Part shown: in pieces, positions 38,626 through 48,528 of the stretch
Position numbering within the stretch: position 1 is the first letter of the stretch
How the letters are laid out: every line of letters begins with the position of its first letter
NCBI GenBank assembly: GCA_036267635.1
Contig: DATAVR010000017.1
Location: 2,912 to 66,911 of the forward strand
Direction: 5' to 3'
Origin: Polyangia bacterium
GTDB lineage: Bacteria > Myxococcota_A > Polyangia > Fen-1088
DNA length: 64,000 nt
Program-made: the position numbers and the translations under genes
Notes under the pieces: model-generated
Database searches by the model: none
Told to the model about the DNA's origin: nothing
What the model saw: only the letters and a program-made list of their open reading frames with translations

Positions 38626-39024
38626 TCAGCGATCAGCGCTGGCGTCGGCAGCAGCGCCGGCCTGGCCGCCGCTGCCTGAGGCGCCCGCAGCGCCGCCACC
38701 TTGGCCGGCGGTTGCGCCCGCGTCGCCCGCCACCCCGGCCGCGCCCGTCGCCCCGGCTGCGCCCGTCGCCCCGGCTGCGCCACCGTTGCCGGCCGCGCCC
38801 GCCCCAGCCGCGCCGTTGCCAGCCGTTCCGCCCGTGCCGGTCGTGACGGTGCCGACGTTCTCCGCCTGACAAACCCCCGGCGAGGCCTCACCGTTGCCGC
38901 TACAAAAGCCGCTCGAGCAGTCGCTGTCTTGCACGCATCGTCCGCCGATCCCCTGCGAGCAGGCGGCGCTGCCGAGGGCCGAGAGAACAAAAATCAGAGC
39001 CAGCCGAGAAGAGAACCGACACAT
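38626..39024 (-). CDS. Small Cys-rich lipoprotein with Gly/Ala tail
   Basis: MCRFSSRLALIFVLSALGSAAC lipobox, C..D.DC.SG.C, GAAGA repeats; C-terminal part of the long minus-strand ORF 38626-40728. Confidence 0.6.
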   Translation of the reverse strand: MCRFSSRLALIFVLSALGSAACSQGIGGRCVQDSDCSSGFCSGNGEASPGVCQAENVGTVTTGTGGTAGNGAAGAGAAGNGGAAGATGAAGATGAAGVAGDAGATAGQGGGAAGASGSGGQAGAAADASADR

Positions 39025-39093
39025 GCGAGGTCGCTCAGTTACCACGCACCCACCTGACTGTCTATGGCCGAAACCTTGAGGTACGTTTCCCGC

Positions 39094-40959
39094 ATGCGTC
39101 CTTCGATTCGCTGGACCCTCGCTCTGGTTGCCTGCGTCGGTGGCGCCGTCCTGGCTGGGAGCGTCGCCTCTGCCGTCGACGTCCCCGGCAAATCGGCGGC
39201 CAAGCCCGCGCCCAGGGCGTCCCACAAGTCGGCGACGGAGAAGGAGGCAGAGGCCTTCCTGACCACCGTGACCAGCCTGCTGGCCCCCGTCGCGGTCACC
39301 GCGAACCTGGCCGACTGGGCCTCGCTCACCGACGTGACGCCCGAGCACACCGGCCAGCGGACCGGGGCGGACAAGGCGCTGGCGGCGCTGGCTGGCTCCA
39401 AGCTCATCATCGAGCGGAGCAAGGCGCTGCTCAAGGATCGAAAGCAGCTGGACGAGAGCACCGCGCGGCAGCTCGAAAAGCTCCTGCTCGGCGCGGCCGA
39501 GAGCCCGGGGACGATCCCCGAGGTGGTGACCGCGCGAGTGGAGGCCGAAGCGCATCAGTCGAGCATCATGGATGGCTACACCTTCTGCGCGGCGCCGGCC
39601 AAAGGGGGCGCCTGTGCGCGGCCGACGACGGCCAACGAGATCGACGAGGTCCTCCGCAAGTCGCGCGATCTCCCCGAGCGGCTGCGCGTCTGGACGGCCT
39701 CGAAGGAGATCGGCCGCCCGCTCAAGCCGGGGCTGGTCCAGCTGGTGAAGCTGCGCAACCAGGTGGCGCGCGAGATGGGTTACCATTCTTACTTCGCGCT
39801 CCAGGTCGCCGACTACGGGATGACCGTCGACGAGATGATGAAGCTGCTCGACGACGCGCTGGAGACGACCAAGCCGCTCTACGACGAGCTGCACTGCTTC
39901 GCCAGGTACGAGCTGGCGGCGCGGTTCAAGCGGCCGCCGCCGCACCTCATCCCGGCGCACTGGATCGGCAACCGCTGGGCGCAGACCTGGCCGGGCATCA
40001 TCGAGTCGGCCAACCTGGATCCTCTGTTCAAGGGCGCCTCGGCGGAGAGCATCGTCCGCAGCGCCGAGAACTTCTACCTCTCGCTCGGCTTCCCCAAGCT
40101 CCCCCCTACGTTCTGGGAACGCTCGGACCTCTACCCGGTGCCGCCCGGCGTCGCCCGCAAGAAGAACGCCCACGCTTCGGCCTGGGACATCGACCGCGCC
40201 GGGGACGTCCGCTCGCTCATGAGCGTCGAGCCGAACGAGGAGTGGTTCGGCACCGCCCACCACGAGCTCGGCCACATCTACTACTTCCTCTCCTACGACC
40301 GGCCCGAGGTCCCTTACCTGCTGCGCGACGGAGCCAACCGCGCCTTTCACGAGGCCATCGGCGAGCTGGCCAAGCTGGCCAGCCAAGAGACACCTTATTT
40401 GGTGAAGGTCGGCGTGATGCCCGACGGCAAGCAGCCCGACGCGACCGCCTGGCTGCTGCAGTCGGCGCTGGATTCGATCGTATTTTTGCCCTTCTCCGCC
40501 GGAACCATGAGCCACTTCGAGCACGATCTCTACGAGAGCGAGCTGCCGCCGGAAGAATGGCAGGTGCGCTGGTGGGAGGACGTCGCCACCTTCCAGGGGG
40601 TCGTGCCGCCGAACGGCCGTGAAGGCGATCTCTGCGACGCCTGCACCAAGACGCACATCAACGACGATCCGGCCCAGTACTACGACTACGCGCTGGCGAC
40701 GATGATCAAGTTCCAGCTGCACGACCACATCTGCAGCAAGATTCTCAAGCAGGACGTGCGGGCCTGCGACTACTCGGGCAGCAAGGAGGTCGGCGCCTTT
40801 CTGAAGGGGATCCTGTCGCTGGGCGCGACGCGCGACTGGCGGGCGGTCATCAAGGAGGCGACCGGCGAGCCGATCTCGCCGCGCGCGATGATGGCCTTCT
40901 ACGAGCCGCTGGTCGACGTGCTGGCCAAACGCAACGAAGGCCGGGACTGCACCCGGTGA
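39094..40959 (+). CDS. M2-family metallopeptidase (peptidyl-dipeptidase A, ACE-like), secreted
   Basis: Signal peptide; HHELGH zinc motif, GAN..FHEAIGE, H.SAWD, Y.DY...T..KFQLH. Confidence 0.9.
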   Translation: MRPSIRWTLALVACVGGAVLAGSVASAVDVPGKSAAKPAPRASHKSATEKEAEAFLTTVTSLLAPVAVTANLADWASLTDVTPEHTGQRTGADKALAALAGSKLIIERSKALLKDRKQLDESTARQLEKLLLGAAESPGTIPEVVTARVEAEAHQSSIMDGYTFCAAPAKGGACARPTTANEIDEVLRKSRDLPERLRVWTASKEIGRPLKPGLVQLVKLRNQVAREMGYHSYFALQVADYGMTVDEMMKLLDDALETTKPLYDELHCFARYELAARFKRPPPHLIPAHWIGNRWAQTWPGIIESANLDPLFKGASAESIVRSAENFYLSLGFPKLPPTFWERSDLYPVPPGVARKKNAHASAWDIDRAGDVRSLMSVEPNEEWFGTAHHELGHIYYFLSYDRPEVPYLLRDGANRAFHEAIGELAKLASQETPYLVKVGVMPDGKQPDATAWLLQSALDSIVFLPFSAGTMSHFEHDLYESELPPEEWQVRWWEDVATFQGVVPPNGREGDLCDACTKTHINDDPAQYYDYALATMIKFQLHDHICSKILKQDVRACDYSGSKEVGAFLKGILSLGATRDWRAVIKEATGEPISPRAMMAFYEPLVDVLAKRNEGRDCTR

Positions 40960-42017
40960 TCGCGCCGCGACTGGCAGCGGCGGCGCTCGCGCTCGGGTTG
41001 ACCGCGCTCAACGGCGCCACGCCGCCGCCCCATGCGCCTGGCACGATGCAGGTGCCGCCGCTCGGGCTGCCGCCCCCACCCGCGCCCCCGGCCGAGCGCC
41101 AGCGCGGCGTGGCGCTCGGCCTCTTCGCCGAGGACGTCAGCTTCTCCTACGGCGCGCTGCTGGCGGAGATCGTCGCGCTCGGCGCCACCCACGTCGCGCT
41201 GGTGGTGCCGCTTTATCAGACCGACGGCGCCAGCGACGAGCTGGCGCTCGACACCCGGTTCTCCCCCACCCTCGACTCTGTCGCCGAGACCGCGCGCGCC
41301 GCCAAGCGCGACGGCCTGGAGGTGACGATCTTCCCCATCGTTCGGCTGTCGGCGCCGCGCGCCGGCGAGTGGCGCGGCACGCTGGCGCCGCGCGATCGCG
41401 ACGCCTGGTTTCAAAGCTACGGCGACAAGCTGGGCGATCTGGCCGGCGTCGCCGCGATGACCGGCGCCAAGCGGCTGGTCGTCGGCAGCGAGCTGTCGAC
41501 GCTCGACGGCGATCTGGCCCGCTGGCGGCCGCTCATCGACAAGGTGCGTGCGGTCTTCGGCGGCAAGCTCGTCTACTCGGCCAACTGGGATCACTACAAG
41601 AACGCGCCGCTCTTCGATCTGGTCGACGAAGAGGGGATCTCGGGCTACTTCAACCTGCGCGACGCCACGGCCCCCGACGACGACGCCACCGCGGAGGCGG
41701 GCTGGCGGCGGGTGCGGCAGGAGATCGAAGCCTGGCGCGCCGGCCGCACGGCCCCCTTCATCTTCACCGAGCTCGGCTACCGCTCGCGCGCCGGCGCCAC
41801 CGCCGCGCCCTGGGACGAGAGCCCGGGTGGCAAGCCCGATCCCGACGAGCAGCGCCGCGGCTTCGCCGCGTTCCGCCGCGCCTGGACCGGATCGGCCACG
41901 CTCGACGGCGTCTACATCTGGAACTGGTACGGCTACGGCGGTCCCGCCACCACCGGTTACACGCCGCGCGGAAAGCCCGCCGAGCCCGAGGTCCGGGCGC
42001 TGCTCGAAGGTCTCTAG
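40956..42017 (+). CDS. GH113-family (GTA TIM-barrel-like) glycoside hydrolase
   Basis: WF.SY, VGSEL, YSANWD, D..GI..YF.L, FTELGY, G...W.W, Y.P.GKPAE. Confidence 0.8.
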   Translation: MIAPRLAAAALALGLTALNGATPPPHAPGTMQVPPLGLPPPPAPPAERQRGVALGLFAEDVSFSYGALLAEIVALGATHVALVVPLYQTDGASDELALDTRFSPTLDSVAETARAAKRDGLEVTIFPIVRLSAPRAGEWRGTLAPRDRDAWFQSYGDKLGDLAGVAAMTGAKRLVVGSELSTLDGDLARWRPLIDKVRAVFGGKLVYSANWDHYKNAPLFDLVDEEGISGYFNLRDATAPDDDATAEAGWRRVRQEIEAWRAGRTAPFIFTELGYRSRAGATAAPWDESPGGKPDPDEQRRGFAAFRRAWTGSATLDGVYIWNWYGYGGPATTGYTPRGKPAEPEVRALLEGL

Positions 42018-42060
42018 ATCTTCTCTAGCTCGGGGACCCTGGACGGTTCCCGCGATTGGG

Positions 42061-43848
42061 CTACCGCTGGCCCATCGCGCGGGCGGCGATGAGGGCGCCC
42101 ACGGAGTTGAACGTCGCCGGCGGAAAGGTGAGGTCCATCGTCCAGGTCTTGCCGGCGCCGTCGCCCCCGGCGGTGACGATCATCGGGATCGGCCCGCTGT
42201 TGCCGGTCTTGGCCGCCGTCAATTCCGGGGTGACGCCCAAGCTCCCGAGCAGACCCAGCACCGGCGCGAAGTCGAAGTAGTTGAAGCTGTCGCGCCCTTT
42301 CGCCGACGTCTCGGCCTCGGTGAACGCGGCGGCCTTGGCGGCTCCGGCCTTGCCCGCGGCGACCGCGGTGAGGCGGGCGCGCGCGTCGCGGCCGAAGGTG
42401 ACCAGCAGGCGCGTCCCCGCCACCGCCTCATAAAGGTCGAGCCCCCCCTTGGCCAGCAGGTGCCTCATCGTCTCGGTGTCGAGCACGCTCCCCTTCTTGA
42501 CCGTGAAGTTGATCCGCACCGCCTTGAGCTTGCCGACCGTCTCGCGCTTGGCCGTCAGATCGAACGACAGCGCCGAGGGGAACTGCGACCGGATGAACGC
42601 GATCGTGGCGGCGCTGTCCATGTGCCCGAGCGCGGTGCCGAGCTTGGCCGCGCTGGCTGCATCCTTGAGCGAGGTCGAGAACGCCACGGTGAAGTAGGGC
42701 GCGGCCTTGGCGACCGAAGCGAGCATCGACTGCATTCCCCCGACGGCGGCGATATAGGCGTCGTAGTAAAGGAGCGCCGCGGCAGCCCCCTTCTCCTTGC
42801 TCGCCGCCAGCCGCGCCCGGTAGACGCCGAACACGTCGCGCCAGAACGTCCCGATGCTCGACGCGCCGATCATCATCGGCGCCCCCGTCGCTCCGGCCCA
42901 GATGGCGGGGTCGATCTGGAACGGCCGCACCTCGCGCGCCACCCCCTCGAGCCCCGTCCCGGGGCGCGCCATGAGCCGCGTCCGCAGCGTCAGCCCGCGC
43001 GCCGGATCGATCGAGAGCCCGATCTCGACCCGCTCGGCGTCGCCCACCAAGGAGAGCATCTTCCCCAACATGTCGTAGACGGAGCTGTCGGTGGCGCTCG
43101 AAGGGCTCGTCGCCTGCTGCAGCTGCCGGAGTTGATCCAAGGCCTGGGTGATCGCGCTCTTGACGTCGGTCCCGTGCGCGCGGGCGATCGCCTCGGGGTA
43201 GAGCGTGGTCGTGACGTCGTCGGCGCTGGCGCGGCGCGCCTCCAGCGCCAGCATCGTCCCGCGCGCCATCCCCTCGACCTCGTCGCCGAGGACCACCACG
43301 CTCCCCGCGCGATAGACCCACCCCTGGGATTTGCCCGAGCCGTTGGCGATCATCGTCAGCGGTCCGCTGGTCATGACCGGTTTGCCGAGCGCCGCGATCA
43401 GCTTCTCGGCCTCGGCCGGGCCGCGCGCCGGAATGGCCATCACCAGGCCGGTTCGCCCCTTGTCGTCGAGCGCGACCACTGCCGCGCCGCCCGGGCTGGC
43501 GAGGTCGAGGTTGGCGGCCACTTCGGGCGCCAGCCCCGCGTTCGCCAGCAACATGTCGCGCACCCCTTCGGGGGTCATCGGGATCGGCACGGCCGACCCG
43601 ATCAGCTTCACGCCGTTCGCCAGCAGCCGATCGACCGATCCGACGGAGACCGTGGCGAGCTGGTAGGGACGCGCCGTCGCCGCGGGGAGCAGCGTGACCG
43701 GCGGGCCGACGCTCGGCTGGGCGGGCGTCTTGGCCACCACCACCGCACCGGGCGCGGTGGCCGGCGTTTTCGGCGGTGGCGCCGTCTGCGCGCAAGCCGC
43801 CGCCAGCAGACAAGCCAGAACCAGACCCCCTCGCGCGCGCTCGATCAT
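42061..43848 (-). CDS. Large lipoprotein of unknown function
   Basis: MIERARGGLVLACLLAAAC lipobox; 595-aa ordered alpha/beta-looking sequence. Confidence 0.8.
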   Translation of the reverse strand: MIERARGGLVLACLLAAACAQTAPPPKTPATAPGAVVVAKTPAQPSVGPPVTLLPAATARPYQLATVSVGSVDRLLANGVKLIGSAVPIPMTPEGVRDMLLANAGLAPEVAANLDLASPGGAAVVALDDKGRTGLVMAIPARGPAEAEKLIAALGKPVMTSGPLTMIANGSGKSQGWVYRAGSVVVLGDEVEGMARGTMLALEARRASADDVTTTLYPEAIARAHGTDVKSAITQALDQLRQLQQATSPSSATDSSVYDMLGKMLSLVGDAERVEIGLSIDPARGLTLRTRLMARPGTGLEGVAREVRPFQIDPAIWAGATGAPMMIGASSIGTFWRDVFGVYRARLAASKEKGAAAALLYYDAYIAAVGGMQSMLASVAKAAPYFTVAFSTSLKDAASAAKLGTALGHMDSAATIAFIRSQFPSALSFDLTAKRETVGKLKAVRINFTVKKGSVLDTETMRHLLAKGGLDLYEAVAGTRLLVTFGRDARARLTAVAAGKAGAAKAAAFTEAETSAKGRDSFNYFDFAPVLGLLGSLGVTPELTAAKTGNSGPIPMIVTAGGDGAGKTWTMDLTFPPATFNSVGALIAARAMGQR

Positions 43849-43937
43849 GGCGGGACCATACCCGCAGGCGCCCCATGCCTCTAGCATTTTCGCGGCGCGA
43901 GTTGCGGTGCCGCGTCTCGCTTGCTACCGTCGGCGAG

Positions 43938-44264
43938 ATGTTGCGATCGGCGCGAACCCGACTGGTCTGCACCACGGCGATGGCGCTGCTCACCGGCGCG
44001 CTCATGGCCGGCTGCGGGAGCTCGCCGCCCGTCGACATGTACTTCGGGACGGACGTGGGCGCCGACTTCCGGGCCCCGGTGACCGACGCGGGTGGAGACA
44101 CGAACGTGACGCCAGGGTCGGGCGTCGACGGAGGCGGCCAAGCTGGCCAGGGCGGTTCCGGCGGTTCTGGATTGTCCGGCGCCGCCGGCCAAGGCGGATC
44201 CTCCGGACAGACCGGCGCCGACGCCGCCGCCGGCAGCAACGGCGCGGCCGGCGCGGGCTCATGA
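43938..44264 (+). CDS. Small lipoprotein with Gly-rich tail
   Basis: ALMAGC lipobox, short YFGTD motif, then low-complexity tail. Confidence 0.55.
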   Translation: MLRSARTRLVCTTAMALLTGALMAGCGSSPPVDMYFGTDVGADFRAPVTDAGGDTNVTPGSGVDGGGQAGQGGSGGSGLSGAAGQGGSSGQTGADAAAGSNGAAGAGS

Positions 44265-44355
44265 TCGGCATGGACATCGGGCCCGATTTGGTCGAAAAAA
44301 GCTCTATCGAACCCTCGCCTGTCGCGAGGGGGGAATAGCCGCCCGAGGGGAACCG

Positions 44356-45804
44356 ATGCAGGTCGTTTGCGCCACGTGCCAGCTCAGCTTCGACGCGCCC
44401 GAGGGGGCGACCGGCCTCGTCTGTCCGATCTGCCGCGGTCCGCTGCGCGCACAGGCCGCCGCGGGAGCCGCCGGTGACGGCGCCGCGGGCGATGCGGCCA
44501 AGTCGGGTCACGCCTGGAGCGGCGGCGACCTCGACGATCTGATCGCCATCTTGAGCGCGCCGGCGATCTCGGCGCGCGTCGAGGTTCTCGGCGCGACGGG
44601 CGACGCGGCGATCGGCGAGGTCCACCTGCTGGCCGGCGGCGTCTCGGATTCGATTTACAACGGCAAGGCGACCGACGACGCGCTCGACCGGCTGCGCGCC
44701 GAGAAACCGACCCGCTTCCGCGTCGAGCAGCGGCTCCCCAACGCCACCGACGGCAACCTGAGCGATCCGGGCCCCGAAACCGGGACGCTCGACGGGCGCG
44801 CGCTCGCGCACCTCATGCGCTATTGCGAAGACTACGTCATCAGCTGCGCCATCGACGTGTGGCGCGGCAACGAGACGGCGCGCGTGGAGTACAAGCGCGG
44901 CGAGATCAGCGGCGTCACCGTCGGCGGCATCGACGCTCCCGAGCGGCTCGCCGAGGTGATGCAGTGGTCGTCGGGAAATTATCGGCTGATCGTCCCCGAG
45001 TTCAAGCTGCCGCCCACCGCCCCGAAGCGCGCCAAGCCGGCGACCGCGGAGCCAGTCCCGGTTCCGGCGCCCGCCGCCTCCGCGCAAGCGGCGCGGCAGG
45101 GGAGCTCGACCAAGACCATCTTCGGCATGCCGGTCGCCGAGGTCGCCAAGGCGCGCGCCGCGGCGGAGGCCGCCAAGGCCGCCGCCGAGGCTGCCAAGGC
45201 GGCGGCAGCGCCACAGCCCGCGGCGCCGCGGGTGGCGACGCCGATCCCGGTGCCCGCGCCCGCGCCGGTCACCCCCCGCCTCACCCCGCCCGGCGTGGCG
45301 CCGAGCGCGACGCCGGCACCAATGGCCGCCTCCAGCGCCACCAAGACCATCTTCGGCGTCCCCGCGCCGAAGGCGCCGGAAGGGTACTTGCCAGGACAGC
45401 GCACCTCGCAGCCGGGCGCGCCCGCGGTGACCGCCGAGGCAGACTCCGCGCGCACCGAGACCGCCAAGGTCGATCGAAAGATGGGGGCGCGGAAGGTCGA
45501 CGTTCCGGCGCCGGCGATCGCGGCACCGGAGCACGGGCAGCCGCGGGGCTCGGCCGCCCCGGGCGCACCGATGATGGCGCCCTCCGCCGAGCCGAGCGAG
45601 CCTCAACCGACGACGCAACCTGGATTCGACTCGAAGGTCGCCGCCCGCAAGAAGGCCGAGCCGGCGGCGCCTGCGCCCGCCCCCGCGGAAAAGCCGCGCA
45701 AGCCCCGCCGGGAGACGCCGATCTGGACGTACATCGGCGTCGGATTCGCCTTCGGGCTGGTGTTGCTCGGCATCTACCAGCTCTACGGCCTGCTGGCACA
45801 TTGA
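44356..45804 (+). CDS. Zn-ribbon + DUF4388-like domains + Pro/Ala-rich region + C-terminal TM
   Basis: CATC...CPIC; G.L.DL...L...A.S..VEV and GTL.G..L..LM.YCE segments; two TKTIFG motifs; C-terminal hydrophobic helix. Confidence 0.75.
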   Translation: MQVVCATCQLSFDAPEGATGLVCPICRGPLRAQAAAGAAGDGAAGDAAKSGHAWSGGDLDDLIAILSAPAISARVEVLGATGDAAIGEVHLLAGGVSDSIYNGKATDDALDRLRAEKPTRFRVEQRLPNATDGNLSDPGPETGTLDGRALAHLMRYCEDYVISCAIDVWRGNETARVEYKRGEISGVTVGGIDAPERLAEVMQWSSGNYRLIVPEFKLPPTAPKRAKPATAEPVPVPAPAASAQAARQGSSTKTIFGMPVAEVAKARAAAEAAKAAAEAAKAAAAPQPAAPRVATPIPVPAPAPVTPRLTPPGVAPSATPAPMAASSATKTIFGVPAPKAPEGYLPGQRTSQPGAPAVTAEADSARTETAKVDRKMGARKVDVPAPAIAAPEHGQPRGSAAPGAPMMAPSAEPSEPQPTTQPGFDSKVAARKKAEPAAPAPAPAEKPRKPRRETPIWTYIGVGFAFGLVLLGIYQLYGLLAH

Positions 45805-45814
45805 GGCGCCCCGC

Positions 45815-46579
45815 GTGCTGACCTCCGTCGTCGACGCCTACCGGCGGACGCGGAAGCCGAAGGACATTCTCTGGAACAAGCTCGTCGCGCGGCCGCTGGC
45901 GGCAGTGGTGATCGTCCCCCTGGCGCGCACGCGCGTGACGCCGAATCAGGTCACGCTGGCGACGCTGCCGGTTTTCCTGGTCGGCGCCGCGCTGATCGCC
46001 TTCCGACCGAGCTGGGGCGCGCTCTGCGCCGGAGTGGCGATCCTCGAGCTTTCGTACGTGCTCGATTGCGCCGACGGACAGCTGGCGCGCCTCAAAGGGA
46101 CGTCGTCTCCCGTCGGCGCGCACCTCGACTTCCTGATGGACGAGCTGAAGGCGTTCGCGCTGGTCGCGGCGGTCGCCGTCCGGCTGTGGGGACCGGCGCA
46201 CGAGGCGCGCTGGCTGCTGGAGGGCGTCGGCGGGCTGGTCGTCATCGCCGCGGCCATCAGCCTCACCACCTTCATGCGCCGCCCGGAATACGCCGCCGCG
46301 ACCGGGGCCTCCGTCGCCAAGGGGGCCGGTGACTACGGCGAAGGGTTCGCCGCCGACGCGCCGGCGCCGGCGTCCCCCCGGCGGTCACCTCTCGCTTTGG
46401 CCGAGGCGCTGGGGCGCTTCGTGGTCCACTACCCGAGCTACATTGTCTTCGTGGCGCTGGCCAACCGGATGGACCTCTTTCTTCACGCCTACCTGGTGAT
46501 GAACGCCGCCTACGCCGCGCGCGCGCTGCTGTCGATCGGCCGCGCGCTCGGACGCAGCGCCCGCGGGGACGCCAAATGA
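45815..46579 (+). CDS. CDP-alcohol phosphatidyltransferase
   Basis: TPNQVT and DCADGQLARLKGTSSPVGAHLDFLMD signature. Confidence 0.87.
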   Translation: MLTSVVDAYRRTRKPKDILWNKLVARPLAAVVIVPLARTRVTPNQVTLATLPVFLVGAALIAFRPSWGALCAGVAILELSYVLDCADGQLARLKGTSSPVGAHLDFLMDELKAFALVAAVAVRLWGPAHEARWLLEGVGGLVVIAAAISLTTFMRRPEYAAATGASVAKGAGDYGEGFAADAPAPASPRRSPLALAEALGRFVVHYPSYIVFVALANRMDLFLHAYLVMNAAYAARALLSIGRALGRSARGDAK

Positions 46580-47355
46580 AAGCGATCATCGTCGCGGCCG
46601 GGCGCGGGCGTCGGCTCGGGTCGGAGACCGAGGAGATCCCCAAGTGCATGGTGAAGGTCGCCGGACGGGCGATCCTCCACCGCCAGCTCGACGCGCTGGC
46701 CGCCGCGGGCGTCGACGACGTGGTGGTGGTGCGGGGCTACCGGGGCGACAAGATCGCGCCGCCCGCGGGCGGTCCCCCGCTGCGGTTCGTCGACAACCCC
46801 GACTGGGCGACCAACAACATCTTCACCTCGCTGTTCTTCGCGGAGCGCGAGATGAAGGACGGGTTCCTGTTTTCATATTCGGACATCGTGTTCGCGCCCG
46901 AGCACGCGCGCCGGTTGGTCGAGGCCCCGGGCCCGGTGGCGCTGGTGATCGATCGCCGCTGGCGCGACGCCTACGAGGGACGCACGCTCCACCCGGTGAG
47001 CGAGGCCGAGCTGGCGCGGGTCGAGGGGGCCGGCGCCGCCGCGGCCGTCACGCGGGTCGGCAAACGGCTGGTCGCGGCCGAGGATGCGGCCGGCGAGTTC
47101 ATCGGCCTGGCGCGGTTTTCGCCCGAGGGTGCCGCCGCGCTCGGCGAGATCTGGCGTGAGGCCAGCGCAAGCGGCCGGGAGGCGCCTTTCGGGGCCGCCG
47201 CCAGCCTGGATCAGGCTTACCTCAGCGACGGCCTCAACGCCCTGGTCGGGCGCGGGGTGACGCTGCGGCCGCTCTTCATCGACGGCCTCTGGCGCGAGAT
47301 CGACACCGAACAGGATCTGGCGCGCGCCGAAGAAACCATCCCCTCGTGGACCTGA
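46576..47355 (+). CDS. Phosphocholine/sugar-phosphate cytidylyltransferase (LicC/IPCT-like nucleotidyltransferase)
   Basis: AIIVAAGRGRRL....EIPKC, GY, N..W..NN...SL, YSDI, GEFIGL, W.EIDT.QDL. Confidence 0.85.
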   Translation: MKAIIVAAGRGRRLGSETEEIPKCMVKVAGRAILHRQLDALAAAGVDDVVVVRGYRGDKIAPPAGGPPLRFVDNPDWATNNIFTSLFFAEREMKDGFLFSYSDIVFAPEHARRLVEAPGPVALVIDRRWRDAYEGRTLHPVSEAELARVEGAGAAAAVTRVGKRLVAAEDAAGEFIGLARFSPEGAAALGEIWREASASGREAPFGAAASLDQAYLSDGLNALVGRGVTLRPLFIDGLWREIDTEQDLARAEETIPSWT

Positions 47356-47756
47356 CTCCGATGCCCGGTCCCGACCCCGCCCACTGGCTGCACCGGTTGA
47401 CCGCCGAGGAGTGGCTGGCGGCGGCGGCGACCGAGATCGCCCACGCCGAGGCAGCGCTCGCGCGCCGCGCCGCGCGGCCCGGTGTCACGCACGCGCGCCG
47501 GGCCGCCGGGATGGCCTGGAACGCCGTCCTGACCGCCCATCCCGACGAGCGCGCCGGCCGCAGCTACATGGAGCACGTGGTCGCGCTGGCAGGCGACGCC
47601 GCCCTCCCCGACGAGATTCGTGCGGCGGCCCAGCGCCTGCGCGACACGCCCGCCGCCCCGCCCGAGCTGGTCACGCTCGGCAAGCCCGATCTCGCCCCGG
47701 CCCACGACGCCCGAACCATCCTCGACCACGCCCGCCGCCTGCTCAACCCCAACTGA
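47346..47756 (+). CDS. Hypothetical helical protein (weak HEPN-like pattern)
   Basis: EEWLAAA..EI..A..AL......G...ARRAAGMA.NAVL; start uncertain (GTG 47346, or ATG 47361 in the same frame). Confidence 0.55.
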   Translation: MDLTPMPGPDPAHWLHRLTAEEWLAAAATEIAHAEAALARRAARPGVTHARRAAGMAWNAVLTAHPDERAGRSYMEHVVALAGDAALPDEIRAAAQRLRDTPAAPPELVTLGKPDLAPAHDARTILDHARRLLNPN

Positions 47757-47801
47757 AAGCGCGGGGGATCAAAGGGCGCGCAGCGCCCGACGTCCCCCGA
47801 T

Positions 47802-48470
47802 CTAAGTCAGCGAGAACGGGTACGACACGACCTGGCTGCCGTTCGAGGGGGGAAAACGCAGGCCGCCCACCACGCCCCGAATGCAGCCGGTCAGCCCCCC
47901 CTTCTGCAGGATGGCCGGCGCCTCGACGCGCACACCACGGACGTTGCCGCCGCGCTGGATGCGAAACTTCACCGTGACGCGCCCGGGGACGTAGGTCTCC
48001 TCGTCCGGGCGGGCGTGCGCGATGCAATCGAGGACTGCTTGCTCCCGGGCCCGAAAACGAAGGTCGATGTCATCCTGGCCGAGCTCGCGCGAGCCGCTGT
48101 CGTCGGTCGCGTCGCCCAGGCGGACGACGTCGGGACGCAACAGGTCGTCCCCCTGGCTCACCAGCTTGAGGTCCGTGGGCGACAGCTTGACCGGCTCAGG
48201 CTCGTTTTCGATCGGCGGCGGCGGCGCTCGGGTCGGGCCGGCGCCCCCGGATGGGACGCCCGCGGTGGCCCCCGATGTTCCTTCGGCCCGGGCGACGCGC
48301 GTGGCGCCGCGGTGGCGGCGCTTCTTCCGCTCGCGCGCCTCCCTGGGCGGCGCTCCGCCGTCCGCCGCCAGGTGGACCGTGGGCCCCGGGTGCCGGCCCA
48401 GCTCCCTCCAATAGATATAACCGCCGTACGCCAGAGCCGCGACCAGGAGGCCGAGGAAAAACCCTTTCAT
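47802..48470 (-). CDS. Membrane-anchored AgmX/PglI C-terminal (TonB-C-like) domain protein
   Basis: N-terminal TM; L.Q.DI......VLDCI, G.VTVKF.I...G.V..V, CI......LRFP.......YPF. Confidence 0.75.
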   Translation of the reverse strand: MKGFFLGLLVAALAYGGYIYWRELGRHPGPTVHLAADGGAPPREARERKKRRHRGATRVARAEGTSGATAGVPSGGAGPTRAPPPPIENEPEPVKLSPTDLKLVSQGDDLLRPDVVRLGDATDDSGSRELGQDDIDLRFRAREQAVLDCIAHARPDEETYVPGRVTVKFRIQRGGNVRGVRVEAPAILQKGGLTGCIRGVVGGLRFPPSNGSQVVSYPFSLT

Positions 48471-48528
48471 CTCGGTCGGAACGGTACACTACCGGAATCG
48501 GCACGGGCGCGCGCCCTCCGGGGGCGCC

